Source: a virus
Strand: one strand, 5' to 3'
DNA: 64,000 nt
IMG/VR virus record: IMGVR_UViG_3300045241_000217
Location: 32,001-96,000 of that record
In this document: in pieces, positions 36,394-45,167 of the stretch
Position numbering within the stretch: the first letter of the stretch is position 1
Layout of the letters: the number at the start of each line of letters is the position of its first letter
The notes under the pieces: model-generated
Databases searched by the model: none
What the model saw: the letters and a program-made list of their open reading frames with translations, nothing else
Told to the model about the DNA's origin: nothing
Position numbers and translations under genes: made by a program

Positions 36394-38655
36394 TCACACC
36401 TCGCGCCAGAAGGCGCTCGTGGGGTCGTAGATCAGATTCATCACACCGTTGGTCGCGATCACCGTGGCCGCGCCAGTCTTGGTCTGGATGCGGTTCGCCG
36501 CTGCGCTGCCCGCGTCCTGGTTCTGCACCGTGAGCGTGCCCGCGCCGTTCCCGAGGTTGATGATCGTGAGACGGCGCGCGAGAGAAGTAGTCGGGGCGAG
36601 GATTCCGCGAAGCGAGGTCGCTGTCGCGTCTGGCGTCGCGCGCGCGAAACTGTAATGTGCGAAGCCTGCATAGTCGTCCACGTTGCCGTTTGCGAGCGCA
36701 GCGGGAGAAACGACGGCGGTGCCAAAACCGCCCTTATTGGTGACGGCAAATACTTGCGTGGTACCAGCCGCGCCGGCCTTGCAGTTGATCAAAAGCTGTA
36801 CGCCGGAACCAAGCCCCGTCTCGGTCGTAGCCAGATCGAGAAGCGTGAACGCGGCAGTGGCGGTCTGATTGACGGTCGCGGCGATGCTCGTGTGGATCTG
36901 TGCAGTGGCCCCGCCAGTGAAGCTGTTGTTATTGATCAGGCTCAGGCTTGGGGTAGCCGACTGCGAGATCTGTCCGAATAGCGTCAGGCCAAGCGTGTTG
37001 GTCAAGTTCCCGATCTGAGGACCAGGCCCAAATCGCACGCCAAGAGTTCCGTTGTGCGATGTGGCGATCGTCCCTGTCGCCGACTTGTAGATTCCAGTCG
37101 TCGGCTGATCGATGAATGCGAACGCATTTACGACTGTGCCGCCCTGCGCGAGCACCGTGCCTGCACTCGTAATCGCTGCGACGCTTGTGCCAGTCGTCTG
37201 AAAATCGACGAAGAGACCTCCACCCGACCCGAAGACAGGAGCGCCGGTCTGGCCTGTGGTGAGCGCCTGGTTGATGATCAGCGAGGTGAACGATGCGGTC
37301 GAGGTCTGGTTGACCGGCGACACGATGAGAACTGAGCGCTGATTAACTCCCGTCGAAGCCGTGAACGCTGCTCCGTTCGTGATGAAGAACGGACCACCCG
37401 CGTTGGCTGCATACGCTCCACTGATCGAGAACTGCCCGTTCGCTACCAGGCTTTCGATTCGCGTGTTGGTTTGGTTGAACCCGAGCGAAGGGCCAGTCGC
37501 GTTCAGTGTGAAGATGTCGACACCGCCTTGCGCCATGCGCATGACGCCCGCAGCCTGACGATACCAACCGAGCCCGGTCTCAGCGGCGAAGGAGTGACCT
37601 GGAACGGTGATCGTTCCGGTGCTGAGCACCGCGCCTGCGCTCGTGATCGCCGCTACCTGCGTAGTGCCCGCTGCGCCCGCAAGCCCATTGAAAAGTAGCT
37701 GCGCTCCCGAGCCAGCGGCCGTAACTACCTGCGAGACCTGAAGGCTGGTGAACGCCGCGGTGCCAGTCTGATTGAGCGTGTGCGAGATCGTGACGCCGAC
37801 CTGCGAGACACCCGCTCCACCCGTGCGCGTCGAGTCGGTGATCGCGAGGTTCGCGCCCGTGCCCGAGGTCTGCACAGCGAGCGCGAGACCGAGCACGCCG
37901 CCAGTCGCGATGTTGTACTGGTCTGCACCAGGCGAGTACGAACCTGTGTTGAGGTCGCCGACGAACGTGGACGACGGCGTGCCGACCGCACCGAGCGGAG
38001 CCACGTACGGGAGCGTGCTCGTGATCGCTGCGGTGTCGATCGTCAGCCGGTCCGTGCTGTTCGTCGAGAGCGCGATGGTGTGCGCGACTCCCGTCGCGTG
38101 CAGGCCTGCGTTCGCGAGCGGTGAGAATGCGGGGAGCGCTGCGGTGCCGGCGGGCGCGAGGAGCGCACCGACCACCGAGAGGACCACGAGCGAGTCCTTG
38201 ATGAGCTTGCCGGTGATGCCGGAGAACACCGCGAGCGCGTTGTCGGTGGACGACGCGGGCCCCACGACGTTGCCGCTGCCGAACGTGGTCCACGTGATCG
38301 CCGTGACGCCGATCGTCGGGTTGATCGCCGTCTGTCGCCACGTAGTGCCGGCGCTGGTGCCAGCCTCGATCGAGATCGTGGCGTTGTTGAGCTCGGCGCT
38401 GACGTCGGCGTCGGGCGCGCGAGTCGCGGGGGCCGCTGCGCCGTTGTAGACGTAGATCCCGTTCTCGGCCGGAGCCGTCTGACCACCGGCCACGAAGCGC
38501 TGGCCCACGACCATCGCCACGCCGTCGAGGTTCGCCCCCGGTGCTGCGAGGTTGATGTTCGTGGCGGTGAAGACGCGGGCGTCGGCCTTCCAGTTCAGCG
38601 AGTCGAGCAAGTCGGACGCGCCGCCCGCGACGAGGAACCTACTCGGGAGCGGCAT
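36394..38655 (-). CDS. Head fibre/decoration protein
   Basis: N-terminal WK...AT..NI.L...DGV...QT...ENGIY fibre-anchor motif; GPASSTDNA-x-x-x-F-x-G-x-TGKLIK module; three internal repeats. Confidence 0.75.
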   Translation of the reverse strand: MPLPSRFLVAGGASDLLDSLNWKADARVFTATNINLAAPGANLDGVAMVVGQRFVAGGQTAPAENGIYVYNGAAAPATRAPDADVSAELNNATISIEAGTSAGTTWRQTAINPTIGVTAITWTTFGSGNVVGPASSTDNALAVFSGITGKLIKDSLVVLSVVGALLAPAGTAALPAFSPLANAGLHATGVAHTIALSTNSTDRLTIDTAAITSTLPYVAPLGAVGTPSSTFVGDLNTGSYSPGADQYNIATGGVLGLALAVQTSGTGANLAITDSTRTGGAGVSQVGVTISHTLNQTGTAAFTSLQVSQVVTAAGSGAQLLFNGLAGAAGTTQVAAITSAGAVLSTGTITVPGHSFAAETGLGWYRQAAGVMRMAQGGVDIFTLNATGPSLGFNQTNTRIESLVANGQFSISGAYAANAGGPFFITNGAAFTASTGVNQRSVLIVSPVNQTSTASFTSLIINQALTTGQTGAPVFGSGGGLFVDFQTTGTSVAAITSAGTVLAQGGTVVNAFAFIDQPTTGIYKSATGTIATSHNGTLGVRFGPGPQIGNLTNTLGLTLFGQISQSATPSLSLINNNSFTGGATAQIHTSIAATVNQTATAAFTLLDLATTETGLGSGVQLLINCKAGAAGTTQVFAVTNKGGFGTAVVSPAALANGNVDDYAGFAHYSFARATPDATATSLRGILAPTTSLARRLTIINLGNGAGTLTVQNQDAGSAAANRIQTKTGAATVIATNGVMNLIYDPTSAFWREV

Positions 38656-38658
38656 GAC

Positions 38659-39012
38659 TCACACCTTCGCCTGCCGCGAGAGCGGCGTGAGGATGAGGCG
38701 CACGGTGGCCGCCTCGGAGATCCCCGAGATCTGGTCGTTGAAGCCCGGTCGCACGTTCAGTTCGAGCGCGACCACCCCGCCAGCGCCCATGGGCGTGCAG
38801 GGGACGTCGGCCACGGCTGCGACGGGCGCTGCCTGCGAGAACGGCGCGGTGCGCACCCAGACGCGGTTCGTGAGGTCTCCCACGAGCTGCGCGAGCCAGC
38901 GCCCGGGCGGGAGCTTGTCGCTGGAGGCCGTCACGGGCGTGAGCGTGACCTTCCGGCTGAGACCGAGGTCCCCACCGAAGAAGTCCAGAGAGTCATCGGG
39001 GCGTGCACCCAT
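38659..39012 (-). CDS. Virion structural protein (putative)
   Basis: AGGAGGT SD; beta-rich; adjacent to the fibre gene. Confidence 0.55.
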   Translation of the reverse strand: MGARPDDSLDFFGGDLGLSRKVTLTPVTASSDKLPPGRWLAQLVGDLTNRVWVRTAPFSQAAPVAAVADVPCTPMGAGGVVALELNVRPGFNDQISGISEAATVRLILTPLSRQAKV

Positions 39013-39088
39013 CGCTACCTCCTGCGTGTCTCACTCGGGAGCCGAGGGGGCCACGCGGTCGCGATGGGAACACCCTCGGCGGGTTCGT

Positions 39089-39691
39089 CTACTCGGTCTT
39101 GGGCGGGTCGGTGGCCGGCGGAGCGTCCGCGGGGGCCAGGAGCGCCTTGTGGAGCGCGTCCTTCATCTCGCGGAGCAGCATGCCCTCCGCGAGGGTCGTG
39201 ACCTTGTGGAGCTCCGCGAAGGCCAGCGCGTCCTTCTTGGTCATGAGCTCGTCGATCTCCACACCGAGACCGCCCTCGCCAGCGGTCGGAGCGCTGGGGG
39301 CAGGCGCCTTCGCCTCGAGCGTGGTTGCCGTCTCGTCGAGCAGGTCGGCGTCAGCCGTCCGACCCTCCTCGCGAGCCTTGGTGGCGTAGTTGCGAGCGTA
39401 GCGCGCGGCGTACGCGGGATCGGCGTGCGCCAGCATCTCGCCGACCATCTTGCGGGTCGCCGCCGACGTCCCTGGGGCCACGACGGGCTCCGGGACCACG
39501 GGGGCGACCGCACCGATGGCGAGAGGCTCGCGCCATCCCGGAGTCGCGAGGAACCACTGTCCATCGCGATCCGGGACGTCGGCGCAGCCCTGGGCGTCCA
39601 GCACCACGCTCTCGAGCTTCCCCGTCTCGGGGTCGCGCTTGAACGGGAGTGCGAGCGTCATGCCCGCGTAGCCTGGGTGCTGGACGCGCAT
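39089..39691 (-). CDS. Hypothetical protein following MCP
   Basis: Coupled to MCP; C-terminal small helical (Rho-N-like) domain. Confidence 0.6.
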   Translation of the reverse strand: MRVQHPGYAGMTLALPFKRDPETGKLESVVLDAQGCADVPDRDGQWFLATPGWREPLAIGAVAPVVPEPVVAPGTSAATRKMVGEMLAHADPAYAARYARNYATKAREEGRTADADLLDETATTLEAKAPAPSAPTAGEGGLGVEIDELMTKKDALAFAELHKVTTLAEGMLLREMKDALHKALLAPADAPPATDPPKTE

Positions 39692-39693
39692 GG

Positions 39694-41118
39694 TCAGCTA
39701 CCGAACGTCAGGCTGGCCGGCGCGCGACCGATGTTCTTCACGATGACGTTCTTCGTCGGCGTGTACATCTTGATCGCCCCGTAGATGACCTGCGCCCAGC
39801 GGATGCTGGTGTCGATCGCCGCGAGCGGGATGCGCGTCATCGGAAGCAACTGGCTCCACGAGAACGAGCGCGTGTTCTGCATGAGCACGAAGCCCTGGGA
39901 CGTGCCCGGGATGTCCGCGTTCAGGTCCGTGAAGACCTGCGTGGCGCCCGTGCGCGGGATCTTCGTCATCAGCTTGCACGTCGTCGCGTCGCCGCCGGCC
40001 GTCGAACGATAGATCTCGTAGTAGGTGGTGTTCTGGCCACCGTCCGCGATCGTCATCGTGATGCCGTCGCCAGCCGCCGCCATCGCGACACCCGCCGTGG
40101 TGATCGGCGTGCTGCGACCGTTCTTGTTGCCCGCCACGATCTTGTAGATGTAGGTGGCGATGTCCGCCGCGACCCACAGCGAGCCGGCCGTCGCGCCCGC
40201 GTCGGCGGGAGCCACGGTGTTCGTGGGCGGCAGCGGCCGCTTGTCCGCGCGACCGAGGCCCGCCGCGACGGGAGCGCCACCCGGCGTGAGGAACACGTGG
40301 TCGTGCAGGTTGATCTTGCCGTGCTGGCCCTGGAACGCCGTGATGGTCGTGCCGAGGATGCCCGGCGCCGGCGCGTACGCGAAGCGCTGGCGGTCGTACA
40401 CCTGCTTGGCGAGGTCCGCGTACGGTCCGGTCCCGAAGTACGCATCGGTGGCCTGGCCGAAGTTGTCGCGGATCTGGAGCAGCATGTCGTTGAGGTTCTC
40501 CTCCGTGAGGATGCCTCCACGAAGGTCCACGACGTTGTTCGGAGCGCCCGCGAGGATGAGTGCGAAGAGGCCGTCGAACTGCGCGGGGATCAGCGACTTG
40601 TCGCCGAAGAAGATGGCGCGCTCGAGCTGACGCAGGAGGTCCATCGTCTTCGCCATCGTCTCGAGCGCGATGACGTTGCCGTGCGCTGCGCGAATGGTGT
40701 TCGCGACGTGCGTCACGCGGCCGGTCACGCCCAGATACTTGATCTGGACGCTCACGCGCTCGTACGTGGTGTCCTGCGAGTCGGGCAGGTCACCCTCGTC
40801 GAAGAAGCCCTGGTCGTACTGACGCGAGCCGCCCTCGTCGTACGACAGGATACGGTTGAATTCCTCCACCGTATTCGACGCCGGCACCTTGGGGATGCTC
40901 TTGAACATCTTGATCTCATCCATCTCGTACGTGAGATTTTTGAGAGTCGCCTCCAACGACTGGACGCGGAGCGGGAACCCCTGCCCGGGCGAGGTGCCGG
41001 GGTTGGTGGTGTCGTTGCCCGCGAAGAGGGCCTTCTGGAGGTCAGCCGTCTGACCGGGATCGACGAGGCCGCCGTCCTGCGAGCCGTAGTCCTGACTGGA
41101 AACGTGTGCGCCGAGCAT
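39694..41118 (-). CDS. Major capsid protein
   Basis: LQKAL-x-AG...LRVQSLE-x-TL, STVEEF-like, F-x-x-EG-x-LP...Y-x-R...KYLG, LE...F-x-GD...FDGL; SPO1/Twort-type MCP with an Ig-like insert; AAGGAG SD. Confidence 0.93.
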   Translation of the reverse strand: MLGAHVSSQDYGSQDGGLVDPGQTADLQKALFAGNDTTNPGTSPGQGFPLRVQSLEATLKNLTYEMDEIKMFKSIPKVPASNTVEEFNRILSYDEGGSRQYDQGFFDEGDLPDSQDTTYERVSVQIKYLGVTGRVTHVANTIRAAHGNVIALETMAKTMDLLRQLERAIFFGDKSLIPAQFDGLFALILAGAPNNVVDLRGGILTEENLNDMLLQIRDNFGQATDAYFGTGPYADLAKQVYDRQRFAYAPAPGILGTTITAFQGQHGKINLHDHVFLTPGGAPVAAGLGRADKRPLPPTNTVAPADAGATAGSLWVAADIATYIYKIVAGNKNGRSTPITTAGVAMAAAGDGITMTIADGGQNTTYYEIYRSTAGGDATTCKLMTKIPRTGATQVFTDLNADIPGTSQGFVLMQNTRSFSWSQLLPMTRIPLAAIDTSIRWAQVIYGAIKMYTPTKNVIVKNIGRAPASLTFGS

Positions 41119-41162
41119 GGGGATTCTCCTTCTTGTCTTTCAGGGGTTCCGGTCAGCCCGGG

Positions 41163-42176
41163 TCAGCGATAGTTGAGCGCGGTCTCGCGCTCGGCGGGGT
41201 TGGCCGCGAGGAAGCCGAGCACGTGAGCCACGTGCGACTTGGTGAGCTGGCCGCCGCCCTCGACGAACGAGGAGATCTCGCTCGCGCTCTGGCCACCGAT
41301 CTGGCCCCACCGCGTGTCGCTCTTCTCGAGCCCGCAGTAGGACAGCACGCGGACGGCCTGCGCCGCCGAGAGCTTCGGCTCGCCGCTGCCGTCGCCGCTC
41401 TTCGCGAGCGGGTTGCCCGCGCCGCGACCGAGGTTCTGCTGGCCCTTGGCCGGGAGCGGCGTGCGCTCGACGATGCCGAGGCGACGGCCGAGCTCCTGGT
41501 TCACGGCAACGACGCTCTTGACGAGCTTGCCGACCTCCATGAGCGCCTTGGCCATCGAGATCTGGACCTGCGCGTCGCGCGCAGCCTTCTCGTTCATCGA
41601 CTTGCTGAGCTGCGAGCGCGTGGCCCGACCGCTCTTCGCGAGCCCGTCGATCTGCTCGCTCACGCTGGCGACGAGCTCTTCGAGGAACGGTGCGACGTTC
41701 ATCGCCTTCGCGAGCGTCTCGTTGCCGCGGAACGCGTCGAGGCTCTTGTCCACCTTGCCGCCGCCCTCGCCGCCCGTCGCGCGCACGCGCGGGTTCGGCT
41801 GGATGCCGCCCTCGGTGGACGCGGGCTTGCCGAACTTGCCGAACGGCTGACCGGCCGGCTGTCCGCCGCCCGCGTCGTCATCGTCGTCATCGTCGTCGCC
41901 CTCCATCTTCGCCATGAAGGCGGCGATGGCGTCGGCGGGAACGCCCGAGGCGATCATCGAGTCGCGCATCTTCCCGATCATCATCGAGTCGAGCACGCCC
42001 GCGTCACCTTCACCGGCGAGGCTGCCCTCGACGTGCCCGCGCTCGTCGGTGTGGCCCGTCGTGTCCACGCCCTCGAGCGCCTTCACGATGTCGGCACCCT
42101 CCGAGATCTTGAGGAGCTCGGCGAGCGAACTGTCGATGCCCTCGAGCGTGGTCGTCTCTTCCTGCTGCGTACCCAT
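41163..42176 (-). CDS. Capsid scaffold protein
   Basis: Between protease and MCP; acidic/helical with many x-x-K-[SA] motifs; GAGGAG SD at the re-called start MGTQQEE. Confidence 0.75.
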   Translation of the reverse strand: MGTQQEETTTLEGIDSSLAELLKISEGADIVKALEGVDTTGHTDERGHVEGSLAGEGDAGVLDSMMIGKMRDSMIASGVPADAIAAFMAKMEGDDDDDDDDAGGGQPAGQPFGKFGKPASTEGGIQPNPRVRATGGEGGGKVDKSLDAFRGNETLAKAMNVAPFLEELVASVSEQIDGLAKSGRATRSQLSKSMNEKAARDAQVQISMAKALMEVGKLVKSVVAVNQELGRRLGIVERTPLPAKGQQNLGRGAGNPLAKSGDGSGEPKLSAAQAVRVLSYCGLEKSDTRWGQIGGQSASEISSFVEGGGQLTKSHVAHVLGFLAANPAERETALNYR

Positions 42177-42193
42177 GGCGGCTCCTCTTCGGT

Positions 42194-42940
42194 TCACGCG
42201 GCTCGCGCCGGGTGGTGCTTGACTGCGTACCCGGCGATCCGGGCGACGATGCTCTTGGAGAGGTGTGGCGCGCGCTTCGCGATCAACGCGGCGGCCTCGC
42301 TCTTCGTGATCGGCTTCTTGCGCTTCTTGACCAGCGGCTCGGGGCGCGAGGCGTTCACGCCCTCCAGCCCGACCGTGCTCAGCACCGCGGCGTTGCCGGG
42401 CGCGGTGGTCGTGGGCGAGTCGTTGCCGACCGCGAGGCTCTTCGCGAGCATCGTCAGCGACGTGTGATCGTTCACGGGACAGCGCGTGACGGCGACCTCG
42501 CGTACGACGGCCTTGCTGATTTTTCGGTGGTCGTTCGCGTCGCGCTCGACGACCGTGCCCTCGACCGAGTATCCGAGCGTCCGCGGAGCACCGGAGCGCT
42601 TGAGCGCCTGGGCGAGGGACCAGATCTCGTCGGCGGGCGGGTGGCCCTTGAGCAGGAACCCCTCGACGTACCAGCCCTTGCTCCCGTCGGGACGCGAGCG
42701 GAGCTCGCACGTCTCTGGGTAGCCGACCGCCTTGCCGGTCTCCTTCAGGTGGTTGTCGTTGAAGAAGCCGCCCTTGAGGAACGGCTGGAAGTCCATGCCC
42801 TCCTGGATCAAGCGCTCGTGCTGCTTGTCGAGGTGGTCGGTGGAGACGAAGCCTCCGATGCGACGCTCACGGCCAGGGGCTGCGTCCGCCTTCTCGAAGA
42901 CGTCCGCGTCCCACTGAATCTTGAAGAGGCGCTCGTTCAC
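42194..42940 (-). CDS. Prohead protease
   Basis: R-x-IGG-x-x-ST...D...E, G-x-FN-x-NH, VG-x-P, LGYSVEG and VAVT-x-x-PVN motifs. Confidence 0.9.
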   Translation of the reverse strand: MNERLFKIQWDADVFEKADAAPGRERRIGGFVSTDHLDKQHERLIQEGMDFQPFLKGGFFNDNHLKETGKAVGYPETCELRSRPDGSKGWYVEGFLLKGHPPADEIWSLAQALKRSGAPRTLGYSVEGTVVERDANDHRKISKAVVREVAVTRCPVNDHTSLTMLAKSLAVGNDSPTTTAPGNAAVLSTVGLEGVNASRPEPLVKKRKKPITKSEAAALIAKRAPHLSKSIVARIAGYAVKHHPARAA

Positions 42941-42960
42941 GTTCGTTCATCGAGACCCAC

Positions 42961-43065
42961 AAACGAAAGCGGCGACTCCAGCTTTCGCCAGAATCGCCGC
43001 TCGTGTCGCTCTGCGCGACGGGGCCTAGTGACCGGATGTTGCGCTGCGATCCGGTGATTCGTCAA
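42961..43065 (-). promoter_or_regulatory. Promoter plus attenuator-like leader of the head operon
   Basis: TTGACG-N18-CAACAT, GGTCACTAGGCCC, GC-GAAA-GC hairpin, TTTCGTTT. Confidence 0.65.
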
Positions 43066-43072
43066 GCGTCGC

Positions 43073-43309
43073 TCAGGAACCGTCTTCCCGCTTCTCCGTC
43101 CGGCGACTCGGTTCGCCCTTCTGCAACGCTACTCCGCGCTCCTGCGTGAGCGGCAAGATGATGCCTCCACCACACCGCGCGCAGACCATTTCCACATCGC
43201 CCTGACGATGTAGAACGAGCATCGACGTCTTCGCCTTGAGCTTCCCTTCGTCAGCACGGAAGACCACAGATCCGCATCCGTGTGGGCAAGCGTTCTCCGG
43301 CGCGCTCAT
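43073..43309 (-). CDS. Small zinc-ribbon protein (Com-like regulator candidate)
   Basis: CPHGC...CARC; directly upstream of the head-operon leader; also carries an LQKG motif. Confidence 0.55.
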   Translation of the reverse strand: MSAPENACPHGCGSVVFRADEGKLKAKTSMLVLHRQGDVEMVCARCGGGIILPLTQERGVALQKGEPSRRTEKREDGS

Positions 43310-43323
43310 CCGGCAACCGTCGC

Positions 43324-43404
43324 CGTGCTAGAAATAGGTCGGCTCGCGAACGCCTGAGAACGTCGCGAGCCGCGCCTCGAAACCTCCTCGAAAGGTTCCA
43401 AGAC
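43324..43404 (+). promoter_or_regulatory. Conserved HNH-gene leader, copy 2
   Basis: CGTGCTAGAAATAGGTCGGCTCGC + two hairpins + AGACATG. Confidence 0.7.
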
Positions 43405-43824
43405 ATGACAGCGATAGCACGTGCGAAGACCGGCCCGAAGCCTCGTCCGCTCGCTGAGCGTTTCTGGGCGAAGGTGGATCGGCGTGGACCCGACGAGTGC
43501 TGGCTGTGGACCGGCGGCTTCACCGAGTTTGGCTACGGTCGTATCGGTGCCGGAGGCAACACGGGGGCGATTCTCCGCGCGCATCGCGTTGCATGGATCC
43601 TGGTCTTCGCGGCGACCGGCTCTAGCGAAGACATCGCCGCACGCAACGGAACCTCGGCGGCACACGTGTGCAGCATCAAACGCGGAGAATCCTGGCAACA
43701 CCTTGGACTGCTTCGCGAAGGCCCGCCGGGTCGCACTACCCGTAACCCACGCCGACGTTTTGATCGCGAACATGCTCTTGCGCTTCGGAGCGCTGGTGGC
43801 AGTTGGGCTAGTGTCGGTCGTTAG
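43405..43824 (+). pseudogene. HNH endonuclease with in-frame deletion of the catalytic HNH core
   Basis: AHRVAWIL joined directly to VFAATG (HTH part); the H-x-CDN...CCNP-x-HL segment present in paralog 22196 is absent. Confidence 0.75.
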
Positions 43825-43904
43825 TTGGGTGTGTCTGGGACGGCCATTCGCCTGGCGCTCGTGGATGCGGCGCGCCAACGGTCCCGTCGTCAATAGAACG
43901 GCGC

Positions 43905-44468
43905 TCATCCGAGCCTCTTGCTGCGCTTGGTGTGCTGCTCTTCGATGTGCGCCGCGTTGCGCGCGTGTGACTCGGCGTACTCGACCGACGCGCCCTTGAG
44001 CACCGCGCTCGTGAGGTGCGCCACGTACGTCGCCGAGATCCTACCCGTGCGCGCGCGGATGCGGAGCGTGTCGAGAGCCTCTCGGAGCTCCTTCGTGCGT
44101 GTCTCGACGTCGTGCTTGCGAGCATCCCGCTTCGCGGCCGTCACGCGCGCGCGGAGCGCCTCGTGCTCCTTGCGCATGTTCTCGATCTCGCCGTGGAGCT
44201 GCTCGTACTGCTCTGTCGCCTGACGCAGGAACTCGGGCGCCTCGATCAAGACGCTCAGGGTCGCGTACGGATCGAGCGAGGCTCCGCAGTCGTGGCACTC
44301 GAGCACCCGCGCACGCTCGTCGAGCAGCGAGTGCCGGTGCTCACATCGCGTCCGTGCTCGAGCGCGGCGCACGGTCCGAAGATCGGTGACGTTCGTGATC
44401 CTCGTCGGCAGCGGCGCGACGCTGCGAGGATCGATGCGGTCGTTCGGGTCCAGCGGCTCGTCGCTCAC
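43905..44468 (-). CDS. Zinc-ribbon plus coiled-coil protein
   Basis: CEH...ECHDCG; GTGA-coupled start. Confidence 0.6.
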   Translation of the reverse strand: MSDEPLDPNDRIDPRSVAPLPTRITNVTDLRTVRRARARTRCEHRHSLLDERARVLECHDCGASLDPYATLSVLIEAPEFLRQATEQYEQLHGEIENMRKEHEALRARVTAAKRDARKHDVETRTKELREALDTLRIRARTGRISATYVAHLTSAVLKGASVEYAESHARNAAHIEEQHTKRSKRLG

Positions 44469-44956
44469 GGGAGAGCCTTGCGGACCGGTCGGTCCTTCTT
44501 GCCCTTCGACTCGAGCCAGCGCTTGAAGCGCGCGACGCTCCACTCGACGATCGAGCCGAGGAGCTTCGGCCCATGCTCGTCGTAGTTCTGGAGGTACACC
44601 TCGCGCGCCTCGGCCTCTGTCAGCGCGCCCAAGATCACCTTGTGCTCATCGAAGCGGCGACCGTCTTTGCGTTGCCGCTGATTGATCACGAACACCTTGT
44701 CCGAGTCGAGGTGCGGTCCGACGAACACGTCCACCGAGTCACCGTCGGCTCCCTTGGTGCCGGGGAGGAATCCGTACGGGTGCTTCATCGTCTGTTTGCC
44801 GCGATGCCCTGTCTTCGGGTCATGCCAGTGGCGATTCGATCCAGCCGGGTTCTCGATGTGCGCGTGGACGTCGTGGATCACGAACTTCTGCTTCACGGGC
44901 CCGTCGGCCTTCGCGAGCAACTCCTCGTGAGCCTCTTCGATGGACAGGATGCGCAC
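44465..44956 (-). CDS. Phage inorganic pyrophosphatase-like (InPase) protein
   Basis: IENP-x-GS-x-R...M-x-x-x-YG-x-x-x-GT-x-GADGD-x-VDVF-x-GP...VINQ...FDEHK. Confidence 0.85.
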   Translation of the reverse strand: MRILSIEEAHEELLAKADGPVKQKFVIHDVHAHIENPAGSNRHWHDPKTGHRGKQTMKHPYGFLPGTKGADGDSVDVFVGPHLDSDKVFVINQRQRKDGRRFDEHKVILGALTEAEAREVYLQNYDEHGPKLLGSIVEWSVARFKRWLESKGKKDRPVRKALP

Positions 44957-44959
44957 GCG

Positions 44960-45157
44960 CTACTTCTTCGTGGGCGGGGCGTCGTCGGCGGGCATGCTCG
45001 TCTGGAACAGGTCGGGCATCTTCGGCTCCGCCGTCTTCACCGCTGGCGGTGCGAACGCACATGCCACGAGCGCCGCGTTGTCGTTGGTCGAGCAGAAGCA
45101 CTTGGTGCACTGCATCGCCCCGTAGTCCCATCGGTGGCTGGAATCGACCGTCCGCAT
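44960..45157 (-). CDS. Small zinc-finger protein
   Basis: H-x-W...CTKC...C; leaderless -10 upstream. Confidence 0.45.
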   Translation of the reverse strand: MRTVDSSHRWDYGAMQCTKCFCSTNDNAALVACAFAPPAVKTAEPKMPDLFQTSMPADDAPPTKK

Positions 45158-45167
45158 GCCAAGGACT

